NCBI GenBank assembly: GCA_964270895.1
Contig: OZ185436.1
DNA: 64,000 nucleotides
Origin: Podarcis filfolensis
Lineage: Eukaryota
Direction: 5' to 3' (one strand)
The first letter of the stretch is position 1. Each line of letters starts with the position of its first letter. The position numbers were made by a program, and so were the translations under genes. This document shows positions 24,491 to 35,908 of the stretch, piece after piece. The notes beneath the pieces were generated by a model. That model saw nothing but the letters and a program-made list of their open reading frames with translations, was not told the DNA's origin and searched no databases.

Positions 24491-25996
24491 TAAGGAACCA
24501 AAAGCTTATTCAAAATGTATCCAATTTGTGTGTGCGCGAGTGTGTGCCTGTGCCTCTGTGCGTGTGCGTGTGTGTGCGATCTTGTTGTTGTTTGTGTGGT
24601 CCCCTTAAACTCAGAAAGAGAGGTGCGCGTGCGTGTGTATGTGTGTGTAAGGGGTTATCTTGCTGCCAAACAGAACGTTCTTTTCTTAAAAAGGCAACGT
24701 AAGTGAATGGAAGGATAATGGAAGGAAACTCATTTATTTGGCAGACAGATGGTGTGCAGGGAAAGCTCCTGTGTTCTTCTCCACCCCACCCCCTTTTTCA
24801 GGTACACAGCAAGTCCTCTCTTGTAGGGATCCAGTAGCTAAATGAGTCTTAATCTGGAAGAACTAGTAACATTTTGCACTGCAGATAGTGAAGCATGCTT
24901 GAAATCGTTCTGCTTGCTTCACCTTAAAGAAAAGCTGTAGGGGGAATGAGGTGCCCCCGCCTGCCTCCCTCCTCCCCCTAGGACATGGTTAGTGTCATTG
25001 TCTGCAGTACTAGTCTCCCCCCACCCACCCACCCCCTACGCACAATGCAAACAACCCGAAAACTAGAAGGCAGTTCAGTATTTGTAATCCAATTGTTTGT
25101 TGAAGAGACACAAAGGAGGAGGCAGGTTACCTGGGAGGCAAGGAGATGGGGGGGGAGGGAGAGAGAGAAAGAGCAGCGGGATATGCAAATCATCTTTGCG
25201 TCATTTGGAGTTCTCTAGAAATGCTCATCAACCTTTGCTTAAGGGTGATCTTCTTTGGTTGCAAGAGAAGCTGCTAGTGCCTGTGAGCTGAAACAAGTAG
25301 AAGTACCAGTCAGCCAGATGGAAAGACCACCAGCCACCCAGTTCTGACCATTTTTGGGGAGACAAAGTTTATGAGGTGCTGGTAGTGGTGGGGAACTAGC
25401 AGAGATGTGCTTTTCAGTTCTTGCCGGGTTAAATAATGGAAGGCTCGGTTTTGTTATGATTATGGAAAAGATAACACACACAAACATTCCCATCCAGTCT
25501 GGAGGCAGGTAGGTAGGTAAGAAGAAATATGGATCCTCATACAAGATTTACTGTAGCCATGATTTCCCCTTCATAGCCACGGATGAATGGGAAAGCATGT
25601 GTCTAAAGTCCATTCAGAACATCTGACTTCCTTGTGGAGCTTGGGGTGGTGGACAGAAAAAAGTAAGGCGCTGTTAAATTCCTCTCCCAATATGCCTGTA
25701 TAAACAGACCCCTGGGTGGGTTAAAGAAGCTAAGCTGTGATGCAAACATTTTAAAGAGTGCAGTTATTGCAGTTAAGGGCTTTATCTATAGCTTACATTA
25801 AGAAGATGGGGCACAGAGAGTCGGATTAATCCCTTGTACTGCTTGATAACAATTATAGTTGAAAATCATAGCTTGCAGGGCATTGCAATATTTTACTTGA
25901 TAACAATAAAAGTGACACATAAAGTTAACTGTTTATGTTTTATTTATTAGACTAAATGTGCCAGCGGTGTCGGAGGCTCTGGGCTGGTTGTAACAG

Positions 25997-26027
25997 TTTT
26001 TATGGGGCTGTAAAACGCCATAAATCA
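25997..26027 (-). promoter_or_regulatory. Hox/Cdx plus PBX-HOX site cluster between miR-10 and HOXC4
   Basis: TTTTTATGG (25997-26005, plus) and TGATTTATGG (26018-26027, minus). Confidence 0.55.
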
Positions 26028-26396
26028 GTCACTTGAAATTGTTAGGTCTCTCTCTCTCTCTCTCTCTCCCTCTCTCTCTCTCTCTGGCAAGGGCTTGTGT
26101 GAGCTTGTGTTTGCGATGACTGCTGTTCCTTCTATCCAAGAAAAACGTAGCAATTGTGGATTTTATTATCAGAAGCACGCTTTACCTTCCCTGTTATTTT
26201 AACTATTTATTCACGATCTAGCTGTAACAAAGCCCCACCACCACCACCCACACTTTGAATCTGTTTGCCCTTCCTCAGAATGCATGTGTATTTTAAAGGA
26301 ACTCAAACACACACTACCCTGGATAGCTGAAATCTTAATTATAACTCTAGCAGTTAAGGGGAAATCAAAGGAAGCCGGACATTAACAAGGCTCTGC

Positions 26397-26478
26397 ATCG
26401 TCCATATACTCCCCTAGAGACGAATTTGTGATTGAGGCGCTCACACAACTTCGATTCTACAGGGTGCATATGAACGAC
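26397..26478 (-). ncRNA. MIR10C: miR-10 family precursor (HoxC-linked paralogue, miR-10c-like)
   Basis: 5p arm CACCCTGTAGAATCGAAGTTGTG (26466-26444), loop, 3p arm ACAAATTCGTCTCTAGGGGAGT (~26429-26408). Basal stem GTCGTTCATATG pairs with TATATGGACGAT. Canonical position upstream of a PG4 gene. Confidence 0.95.
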
Positions 26479-27371
26479 TGGAGAATGTGGCCTTTGTGGT
26501 ACTGGGGGAAGATGGGAAGCGTATTCCCCTCCCCCACTGATGTGTTCCAGAATGTCTTTTTTGTTTTGTTTTGGGGTTTGTTTGTTTTTCATGGATGTGG
26601 CGTGAGGGAAAGGAGAGCAGCTGTCAAGACTTCCTAAAAAGTCGTTTAACAAGCTAAGCCCTTTTCAGGTAGGGCTTGCATATTTCTGAGAGGATCCCTT
26701 GCTTATATCAAGATGGGATCCACGCTTTCGCAGCTTTGGGAACCGAGCTATGGAAGACAACCTTCCACTTTCTTTGATAGCTATTAACATTTATGGTTCC
26801 TATTGGATTATTATTATTATTATTAATCAATGCATTCACTAAGTAAGTGGGCAAGTCCCTCCTTGCTGCTTTATTCTGGTGCCACACATCTCTGTACATG
26901 GGTAGCTTTCAATCCATCTATAGAGAACTGTCAACCTGTTTGCTTATGGACCGGTTGATTCCTGAAGAGGAGGAAGAAGAGGACGGTTCAAGTCTAAGAA
27001 TAGAGAAATGAATGTCAGAGGTATTATTCTGGCCTTTCCCACCAGGCAAGCTTTACAACTCCTGTTCATGTTATCTCTTACATTTAACTCTGCCCGTTCA
27101 ACTCATAAAAAGGGAAACTGCCATTCTTATTTTATTTTACTTTGGTAGTCTAAACTGACATGCGTACTTAACAGGAATAATACTGGCCAAAGCGCGTGGA
27201 TAGCTGAGGCAATTTTATTTCCTTTTCCTCAAAAATCATTGTGAACAGTCCAGAAAAATGTTGGCACGTGTCTAGTTCTTTCCAGTGGCAGAGTGATTGT
27301 ACTGCTGGCTGCTGCAACTACTATTACTACTACTGAACTCTGGGCGGATTCTCAGAGTTTTTATGATACTC

Positions 27372-27411
<40 letters not shown>

Positions 27412-27733
27412 GTCGTGTTTGCCACAGCTACTATTTCCTCATTCCATGAGATGTATAACCGTGATTTCATTAACATGAGCTCCCCTTGCGTTGCTCTGCT
27501 GCTGTTACTACTACTGGTAATAGTAGTAGTAGCAGCAGCAGGGGTTAGTATTTATACAGCCTTTTACTGATTGATTAAAGGACCTTGCATACACTCTCTC
27601 CGTAGTCCCATTGTCTCACTTAAGCATCTACTTAGCTCTCTGCAGTTAAATTCGGTGGGATTTTAAAATGCTGGACATTGGAGGGATTGGACCCATTATC
27701 AATTAATCTCAGCATAATTCAAATTATATGAGA

Positions 27734-27761
27734 GGGAGGGAGGGAGGGAGGGAGGGAGGGA
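27734..27761 (+). repeat. (GGGA)7 tract, G-quadruplex/H-DNA prone
   Basis: Seven perfect GGGA units. Confidence 0.85.
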
Positions 27762-28160
27762 GGAAGAAGAGGAAGATCTACAAGTTGAGGGTGCGGTCTT
27801 AAGCACACTTACTAAATGCCTATAAACTGCGTGGCTCTTACTTTCCAGTGAACTCAAAAGGGACTCCTGAGTAGACTGCCTACTGTAAGAACGTGCTAGA
27901 AACTTGGAACCACCAGCTTCTTAAGTAGTTCAGCATTCCTGGTGGGTGGTGTTTTTTTTCTTTTCCTGGGTCATCCTAATAATCACCTACTGCACCTAAA
28001 CCTACACTTCGATATTTACACTTTTAATTATTTGTGTAGATGCACATGAATGAAAGGGCAGCTTTGCCATTCCTGAACATAATCCATTAGAAGTTGAGTA
28101 ACTTTCATAACAACAGAGCTTCCTTCCTTTCAAATCACACTGCAAATCGAGTAAGTATGC

Positions 28161-28251
28161 AGAGAGCCAGGCTGTATGCACAGTTACTCGGGAGTAAGTC
28201 TCTTTGAACTCAGTGACGCTTACCCCGAGTAAATGTATACACAGGATCCAG
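28161..28251. mobile_element. ~90-bp palindromic MITE family copy
   Basis: TGTATGCACAGTTACTCGGGAGTAAGTCTCTTTGAACTCAGTGACGCTTACCCCGAGTAAATGTATACACAGGAT. Confidence 0.7.
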
Positions 28252-30173
28252 AAGCAAAATGTGAAAATAAGGTTCTCTATGTTTACGCGAAAGTTTTTTG
28301 TTTTGTTTTTTAAGTACACAGGAAGTGTAGACAGGATTGCATCTTTAATCACACATTTTTCTATTTTTATTTTTTTTTTAAATTCCCCCAGTGGACTTGA
28401 TTGCTCTTTCTTTATTTCACTTCATTCCTGTAGTTTATTTTCACTGACCTTCTGCTTTCCTTGTTAAAATAGGAAGTTTATATTTTAAGTTTATATTTTT
28501 CTTAAGTTTATATTTTTCTTAAAGCTATTGGGGGGGCATGTATTCCTCTCTTAAGTGTTTGGAAGAGTTCCCTTTTATTGTCTCTTTCAAAGAAGGCTCC
28601 AAGGACGTGTGGAAGGGGGGGAATTAGTGGGGCACAAACCTCTTTTGTCTCTCCAGTACCCCTCCCACTTCTCTCCGATTGGCCTCCGTTTCTCCCACCC
28701 GCAGAACAATGTCGGCAAAACCGGATTATTGCTATTATCATCATCATCGTCATCATCATCATTCTGAGTGGCAATGGCGAAGGGAAATACACCACCTCGG
28801 TTAAATAATTCCTGTCCCTTAATTCCCAGCCTAGCCAAGAAGCGGTGTGTCTATCTGGTTACCATTTCAGGACCATTTCTGAGTACAAAGCGCCTACTTG
28901 ACAGTACGGAAGAAAAATAAGTGTTCATTGTCCCCGCGGATTCATTGTGCGAGCCATTACCATACTGACCGCTTGGTAACCTACACCTCTAGCCATTTGC
29001 AATCTGTGCATGGGGGGGGGAGTGCCTAGCCACTGAGATTTTGCTATTTCATTGTTTAGTAATCATAATAATACTAATACGAAGCCCCTTGTCACGAAAG
29101 CCACATCCTAGCTAAGGTCACACGCATAACTACCTCCCCCTAAAAAAATGGGGAGAGACACAAAATGATCAGTTCATAAAAAATCGGCTGCAGTCCAACT
29201 AAAATTCACTGGGGCCATGCAGAGAGGACAGCCACACCCCCCACCAGTGTTTTAGATTCGGTGTATTACTCACTTATTTCAGTTTATTATAAGGCTTTTA
29301 AATATATAGTATTAAAATACAGTGCTGAGAAGGAAGGTTAATTTTGAATGAATAATAATAAATATATATATTCCCCTCTGACTAAATATCCAGATCCAAG
29401 AATGTATTTTCTGCATCGCCCACCCCCCGCAATTTGAAATTGGGTTCGCTCCTAACTTCAGTGCGTGTATTGTAACCTCTTCTAGAAAATATCAACATCC
29501 TCTAAGAAGTTCAAAGAGTGGATTTTAAAAGTGTGTATTAGGGGAAGGGAGTCAAAATACAGCTTTTTTTCTGGTGGAGGGGGTATATCTTTATAAAGTT
29601 GGTCTTTCTATGATACCATGAAACAATAAAAAATTATTTACACTTTCATTTGAAAACAAAAGTTAAAAACAAAAGCATAAAGTGCCACAAAATCATTGGG
29701 TGTTCTCTCTCTCCCCCGCTCCCCACAATGAAAAGAGACAGGTCTAATTTATGCAAAGAAATATGCAAATGTTTAATTGATTTTTCTTTAAATCTGTTGT
29801 CACTAAAAGTAATGAGTTGGTGCAAACCGATTTGAATAACCAAAGCATGTCACCAGAAGTAAAAAAAATAATAAAAATAAAAATACCCACAACCACATAT
29901 ACACACATTACCCCTTGTAGGTTCTCCAAAAAAGCAAACGCCTATAAATATTTATTCCTCCGTTTAAAACCCTTAAAAAGGAACTCTTCCTGTTTGTTCG
30001 AAAAAGCACATATATGCAAACCATCTTCTCCTTCCCTCTTCCGCAAGCACCCCAACCCCCACCCAACCCCCCATTTACCCCTCCCTCCCTCTCCCAGGAA
30101 TTCAATTTTCTTCAAATCTCGTTGAAAGTGGCTTTTTAAAAAGTGGACGCATTTTAATATTGCTTAGACGGCG

Positions 30174-30190
30174 TGACCTGAATTTCACCT
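30174..30190 (-). promoter_or_regulatory. PG4 5' DR5 retinoic acid response element
   Basis: Minus strand AGGTGA-AATTC-AGGTCA, nearly identical to the recalled HOXD4 5' RARE AGGTGAAATGCAGGTCA. It lies ~5.8 kb upstream of HOXC4, beyond miR-10. Confidence 0.85.
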
Positions 30191-30710
30191 CAACTGTTTG
30201 ACTTGATCCAATAGGTCACTGCCAAGGAGTTATTGATGGGGAACCTCCATTGAAATTTGTCTCCTCGCAAATGGCCTTTAGATCTTCTAGCGAGTTCAAT
30301 AACTAGTTATAATGTAGAAGGGAAAAAATGAAGCCCAAAGGCAAACGAATATGATGTTTCATTTTTATGCTGGAGAAATTGTTGGTTTTTCTTTTCCCTT
30401 TCCTTACACCCCCCAACCCCCAACCCCATCCCACCCCTTTCACCCACTCAAAACAATAACAAAATCTGATTTGGGCGAAAGCATCGCCCCGCCCGCCTTC
30501 TCCTCCCCCCTCCCCGCTAGCCCGCTTGCTTCACCCTTTCAGCTGAAGCCAGATTCGAATATATATTGCAAATCCATTTATTTATTTATTTATTTGGGGG
30601 GCTAACCGAAGAGCTTCAGTTCATGAACTCTTCAAGACTGACCCTACTCGAGAGTCCATACAATAATTTTCAGCTGGGTAGGAATCATGTTTGCTTTACT
30701 GGGGTGTTTT

Positions 30711-30711
<1 letters not shown>

Positions 30712-30782
<71 letters not shown>
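30712..30782. repeat. Compound (AAT)n(AAC)n microsatellite
   Basis: Seen directly. Confidence 0.95.
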
Positions 30783-31080
30783 GCTATATATAATAGCTAT
30801 ATAACCTATAGCTAACAATAGACTGTATGCAGCTAAGCTTGGTGAGCGATTTTTAAAAAAAATAAACATGGTACCAAATCCCTGATGACTACATATAGAT
30901 TTTAAATAAAAGGTTGAACAGTTAATCCACACGTATTAAAATGTTAATGTTAGTTTTAGCACTGGGGCGGAGTAGGATGGGGGAGAGAGACTAAAAATGA
31001 GCCAAGAAAGAAAATTGTTTAAATTTCTTTGTGTTGTATAATTTGCTGTGGATCGTTTGCATGACGGTCGATCATTAAGC

Positions 31081-31168
31081 AAAGCAAGCTCATACCTGCT
31101 TACTCAGAAGTAAGTCCCATTGAGTTCAATGGGACTGGCTCTCAGGTAAAATGGTATAGGATTGCGCC
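31081..31168. mobile_element. ~90-bp palindromic MITE family copy (best preserved centre)
   Basis: Perfect inverted arms AGTCCCATTGA-GT-TCAATGGGACT (31113-31136). Right end GGATTGCGCC|TAA. Confidence 0.8.
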
Positions 31169-31864
31169 TAAACCTCCTTTAGGAACTAACTGTCTGCTGG
31201 TTTTATAGTTTAAAATATACAGTATTTACTTTGACTCCGAACGCTGAGTTCCATAGTATGCCGGTTCTGGGGGGGAGGCCTATCCCCTCATCATTGAAGA
31301 ATGAAAACCTGTGAGGGTTTTGTCTTTTGAAAACCGAGATAAGGATTTCAAAATCGTCCAATTACAGAAACACAGAGAACCCCCTCATTCCAGCCCTATA
31401 AATACCGCTGATGCATATCTTATCACCCTGTTGCAGGACACGCCGAGTAGCTTATAAGGAAAACAGGAGACTTAAAAGAAGGGGAAAGGGGAAATCAGGA
31501 AAAGAGAATGAAAACTCCTTAAATGTCCATGAAAAAATTCACGGGGGGAAGCTGACATTTATTACGCGCTGCGTAAACACGTACACAAATTAGGCTGCTA
31601 CTGCTGTGTACGACACTGGCAATAGCTTTCTTTAAAGAATTAGCACACCCAGATTTATAATTCCTTCCTTGGCTCAGTTATAATATTAATTGGTGGGGGG
31701 AGGCGCGGACAACGACGCTTTACAGGACCTAAGACTGGCTCAGCAAAGGAGGTGGCTTTTTAAAAAGCAGAACATTTGCTACATTAAAAAAACAAAACAA
31801 AAAAACACTGGGGTTGGTGGGTTGGTGGCACCCAACACAATTTCGTGGTAGCAGAAAGGGTGCC

Positions 31865-31943
31865 ACCGCAACCCCACACCCACTTACCCGGGAGTAAGAC
31901 CCACTGAACACAGCGGGACATACTTGTGCATAGGTTTGCGCTG
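31865..31943. mobile_element. ~90-bp palindromic MITE family copy with internal deletion
   Basis: CCACTTACCCGGGAGTAAG is identical to 11101-11119. Right end GGTTTGCGCTG|TAA. Confidence 0.7.
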
Positions 31944-32329
31944 TAAAGTAGTGTTTTTTTGCTACATTTTTAATGGATACTGAGAAATGAAAATTGAGGT
32001 TCCTTCTTTATGTGGCTGGAGAAGTCCGGAAGCTGATTCACACGGACATGTGCTTCGTTCCCTGCCTCTCGCTACGAAGAACTGTATCTGCACGTCTGAA
32101 CTGACTTTATTGAAAACTATGTGTATTTTTTAAAGACAATGGCAGGGGATATGAAAGCTCTGTCTGTGGTCCTTAGTCTCAGCTGATGTATGTAAATCGT
32201 CTCATGATGTTCCAGTTGTCCAGTGGTGAATACCCATGTTCACCAGGACCTTCATGTGAAGCAGCTCTCACAGAAAGCAACTGTCTGTTTCTGGATGGAC
32301 AGTACTGTAACTGGTTTCAAGGTCCATGA

Positions 32330-32444
32330 GGCCACCAGCTTGCTAAGGCATGCCTGGATATGGTCAGCTCTTGGATGGGTGACCACCTGGAAACCACATG
32401 TATGCCATTACCCCTTAGGTTCCATGACAGAAGAAAAGCAGGAA

Positions 32445-32445
<1 letters not shown>
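32330..32445 (+). mobile_element. 5S rRNA-derived SINE (SINE3-type) fragment
   Basis: GCTAAGGCATG..TGGTCAGCTCTTGGATGGGTGACCACCTGGAAA resembles the 5S internal promoter region (box A to box C, TGGATGGGAGACCGCCTGGGAA). It is followed by a non-5S tail. Confidence 0.65.
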
Positions 32446-32475
<30 letters not shown>

Positions 32476-35400
32476 ATAAAATGGAAATCCCCCAGCTCAC
32501 CCAGTTTCTAACATAACCTCGAGTTCAATGTCTGCAGGGTCTTTTAGATGGCTATTTTTGATGCTATATGTTTTCTGTTTAATGACTGCATTTTATTGGT
32601 TATATCGATCTATGAACTCTTAGAGTGACGTAAAATTCATACTACAAACTTTTATCCACAAAGAGCATGAATGGTCCGTGTCACTGGGGTGGTGGCACTT
32701 CCACGTGGGAGTGTGATGCTGTCCACAAACAGGAAGCTGTAGCAGAGTCTCCCATTAGATCCTTCTGATTAGAAAGATGTAGGGATGCCTGGGAACTGTG
32801 TGGCAACTGATGCCCTTAAGCACAGAGCAATAGGATATGGTGCTGCGGGATATTATGCAGGGATAGAGGGCAATTGGCGCTGTTCACTTTCCCCCAAGTA
32901 AAGGTCAGAGAAAACATTACATCTCAGTGGTCTTCGGGAAACGTGTGTAGGTGTGCACAGCCTAATTGCGGGAGACCTGCCAGATTTTGCTCCCAAGCTT
33001 GTGATGGATTGGATAGCCACCCCCCTTACTAAAAGCGTTTTTGCTTTGCTTCTTTAATGAATGCCAGTTTCCTCGCGAAAGTAGGCACTTATCTTATTCA
33101 AAGAAATAGTTGGCAACACGGCTGTTTTCTATGATTTTATGCCTGCGTTTTCCAGTTTATACTCACAGGCGTGTGAATGTACACACAAGTGCCACGGGGC
33201 ACGTTCTGGGATAGATTCATATATACATACACGTAGCTAAACTGTGGTGCGTGTGTACATACTGGAAAGGGCCATAGATTTTAATATATTGCATATACTT
33301 TATACGCACACTGAAAAGAAATATTGTTCGGTACCTCCACAATAACGCCAACAAAAAAGCAGCAACAGAGGGCTCCAGATTTTTGAACATGGATGTGCGT
33401 AAATGAACCCCTCTCTCTCGTTAGAAAGCATTGGGTAAGTTCCATTTTTCTAATTATTTCTGACAGTATGGACAGCAAGGCGTGGAGAAACGGGACCCTA
33501 CATTAAAATGCGTTCATGTGTGTTCTAAGGCAATCCAGGCGACTCTCGTCCACCTATTTGCAGAGGAGTAGGTTCTACTGAGCTCTGTGGAAGTGCAAAT
33601 ATTTGGAGGACTGGATGTGTGGGAGAACCTCCTTTACAAGGGAGACATCGAGCCCATCTACAGAATGATCACTCTGGGATTCTTTTAGTCCATTAACCTT
33701 CCCCTTTCTATGTACAAGACGCCCATCCATGATCATTCCGGCTTAATTTGATCTTCTGATCGATCAGACACTGCAAACCCACCGCCACCTACCCACCCCA
33801 AAAGCCACCAAGGAAAGATGTGGAATACATAAACAGATATTTGTGACTGCCTAGGAAGAATATTCTAATTACCTTTTAATATCAAACGCTATTTGAATTC
33901 CTTTTTAAAAAAAAAATCATGTGAGTTATATTTTGAGTCTGGGAACAATGGTGCATTATGCTTAAAGAGGAGCTTCGTTATTTGTAATGTTTATTTTCTC
34001 CCCACCAGGGTACTCTCAGTTTAATCTTTCACAGTGCAATAAACTATTATCTTAGTTAATCCCAAAGGTGAATCCATCAAAACCTTTTAATAAAACGTTT
34101 ATTAGTTCCCGCAATTCAGAGAAGGCTGTAAACTGTAAGTACAGTGCAGGCGGTGGAACTTAAGAGAAACTTAGGCTGATGTGTTGGGGGGTGTGAGGTA
34201 ATGTTTTGTTGTTAAATAAATGTAGGAGGGTCTATAACTATCTCCCAGCTGAGGCTGGCGATTATAATTCTGCAGGCTTTGTCAATTTCAGCTGTCATTA
34301 GTCAAGCCTACAGAAGCTAAAGGAGCTGTGGAGTCAGACAAGAGAAATCTCAGGAATGATATACACCACCAGGCCTCTGATGCATCATTGCAGACTTGAT
34401 TAAGGAAAAAGAATCAGTTGCCTTATTTGGGTGGGGGAGAAGGAGAAATACTAAGCATCTTCACATTCTCATCATGTTCACCAAATGCCATGAATATGGG
34501 CTTCTCCAAATAACAATGGCAAACCCCAACTTTAGTGGGAATCCAAAACCCTGGGATGTAGAATACCAAGATGCCGCAATGATGGGTGAGAAAACAATCA
34601 TAATAATAGTAAGTTGCGTGGAAGGATAACAGAACACAATGGCAGCTGCTACTCCTTATAACAGTCCACTTTAGTGCGTCTCCCCGATTAAAAAAACCAG
34701 AATACATATATGCGTTCTCTGCAGTATGTCAAGGGGATCTGATACAGCATTGTTCACACATGGCTTCTCCGCCTATAGATGACCCCTATAGAAGGCCTAG
34801 GATCCTCCACCCTTTCCTATTAACATCCTTGGGAGGAATTCGTTTCGACAGACCGTCGACCTACGAAACTGACGAACCCAGATGTCAAGTTTCCGAGTGT
34901 TCCATGTATTTACCAGCGATGGTCTTTTAAGTGTGAATAACAACAGCAGCAGCAGCAGTAGCAACAGGAAACAGGACTGTTTTTATTTCCTGTAAACGAG
35001 AGTGTAAAAATACCTGTTGGAGCTCAAGTCATACCCTTCTGTTACTGAGGCCATGGCATTTTAAGGAAGGAAAGAAGTGCCTTTTGTTCAAAAGCTGTTA
35101 AGAGTAGCACTCCTCAAAACATATGGAAACTGTATTTTTCCGTAAAAAAAGAAAAGAAAAAAGAAAAAGTAATTTTGCTGTTGTCGGGTCACTTAGCTTG
35201 TTTAATAGATAGATATAGATAGATAGATATAGATGATAGATAGATAGATAGACTAATTAGAAAGTAGTGAACGTTCATAGAAAGGGAGTGATTCCTTCCG
35301 CACACAGCAGTCCACCCACCCACTCCCATAAATCAGTAGTCCTGAGTAAAGGGGATTCCTTTCATCTCTTTGTTTTCTTCATTTACAGCGTTCTAATCAG

Positions 35401-35519
35401 GTGAGCTAATATACCCTCATCAACAGCCTACGCTCTTTCTCTGAGCCTATGTCCATGGAGGTTTGGCTCTCAGCATCGCGAGGCGGGTAGTTGATGTTAC
35501 ACACGAAGCCCACCCCCCC

Positions 35520-35521
<2 letters not shown>

Positions 35522-35606
<85 letters not shown>
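35522..35606. repeat. Compound (GT)n(GA)n microsatellite
   Basis: Seen directly. Confidence 0.95.
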
Positions 35607-35608
<2 letters not shown>

Positions 35609-35843
35609 TTTGATGGCAGCGAACCTCGTGAGGTCTCAACTCTAACTCGTTTTGCTATTTGCCTGTCCTCACCCCCCGCACCGGCTCTCTCTTCCCCTCC
35701 AGGGTTGGGAACATCTTCGCTCCCACTGAGAAGGGGAAAGGGGAGGGGGGAAAGCTTTTCCTTGTTGTGAATAATCGCAATAGGCTATATCTTCCATCTC
35801 AGTCCAGGGAAAGGGACATTTTCAAGCGATGCCTTGTGGTTGG

Positions 35844-35846
<3 letters not shown>

Positions 35847-35906
<60 letters not shown>
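35847..35906. repeat. (CT)n microsatellite
   Basis: About 30 units. Confidence 0.95.

Positions 35907-35908
<2 letters not shown>

Noticed and set aside
24412-24513. N-terminal extension MNKLLVPY.. of HOXC4
   Set aside because: It starts at TTG and stays open only because it crosses the N run. The sequence matches 5' leader/promoter.
30566-30932. ORFs with poly-N, poly-C and poly-Y tracts
   Set aside because: They are translations of the (AAT)n(AAC)n microsatellite.
32330-32412. 5S rRNA gene
   Set aside because: Only the internal-promoter part resembles 5S, with many substitutions and a non-5S tail. It is a SINE fragment.
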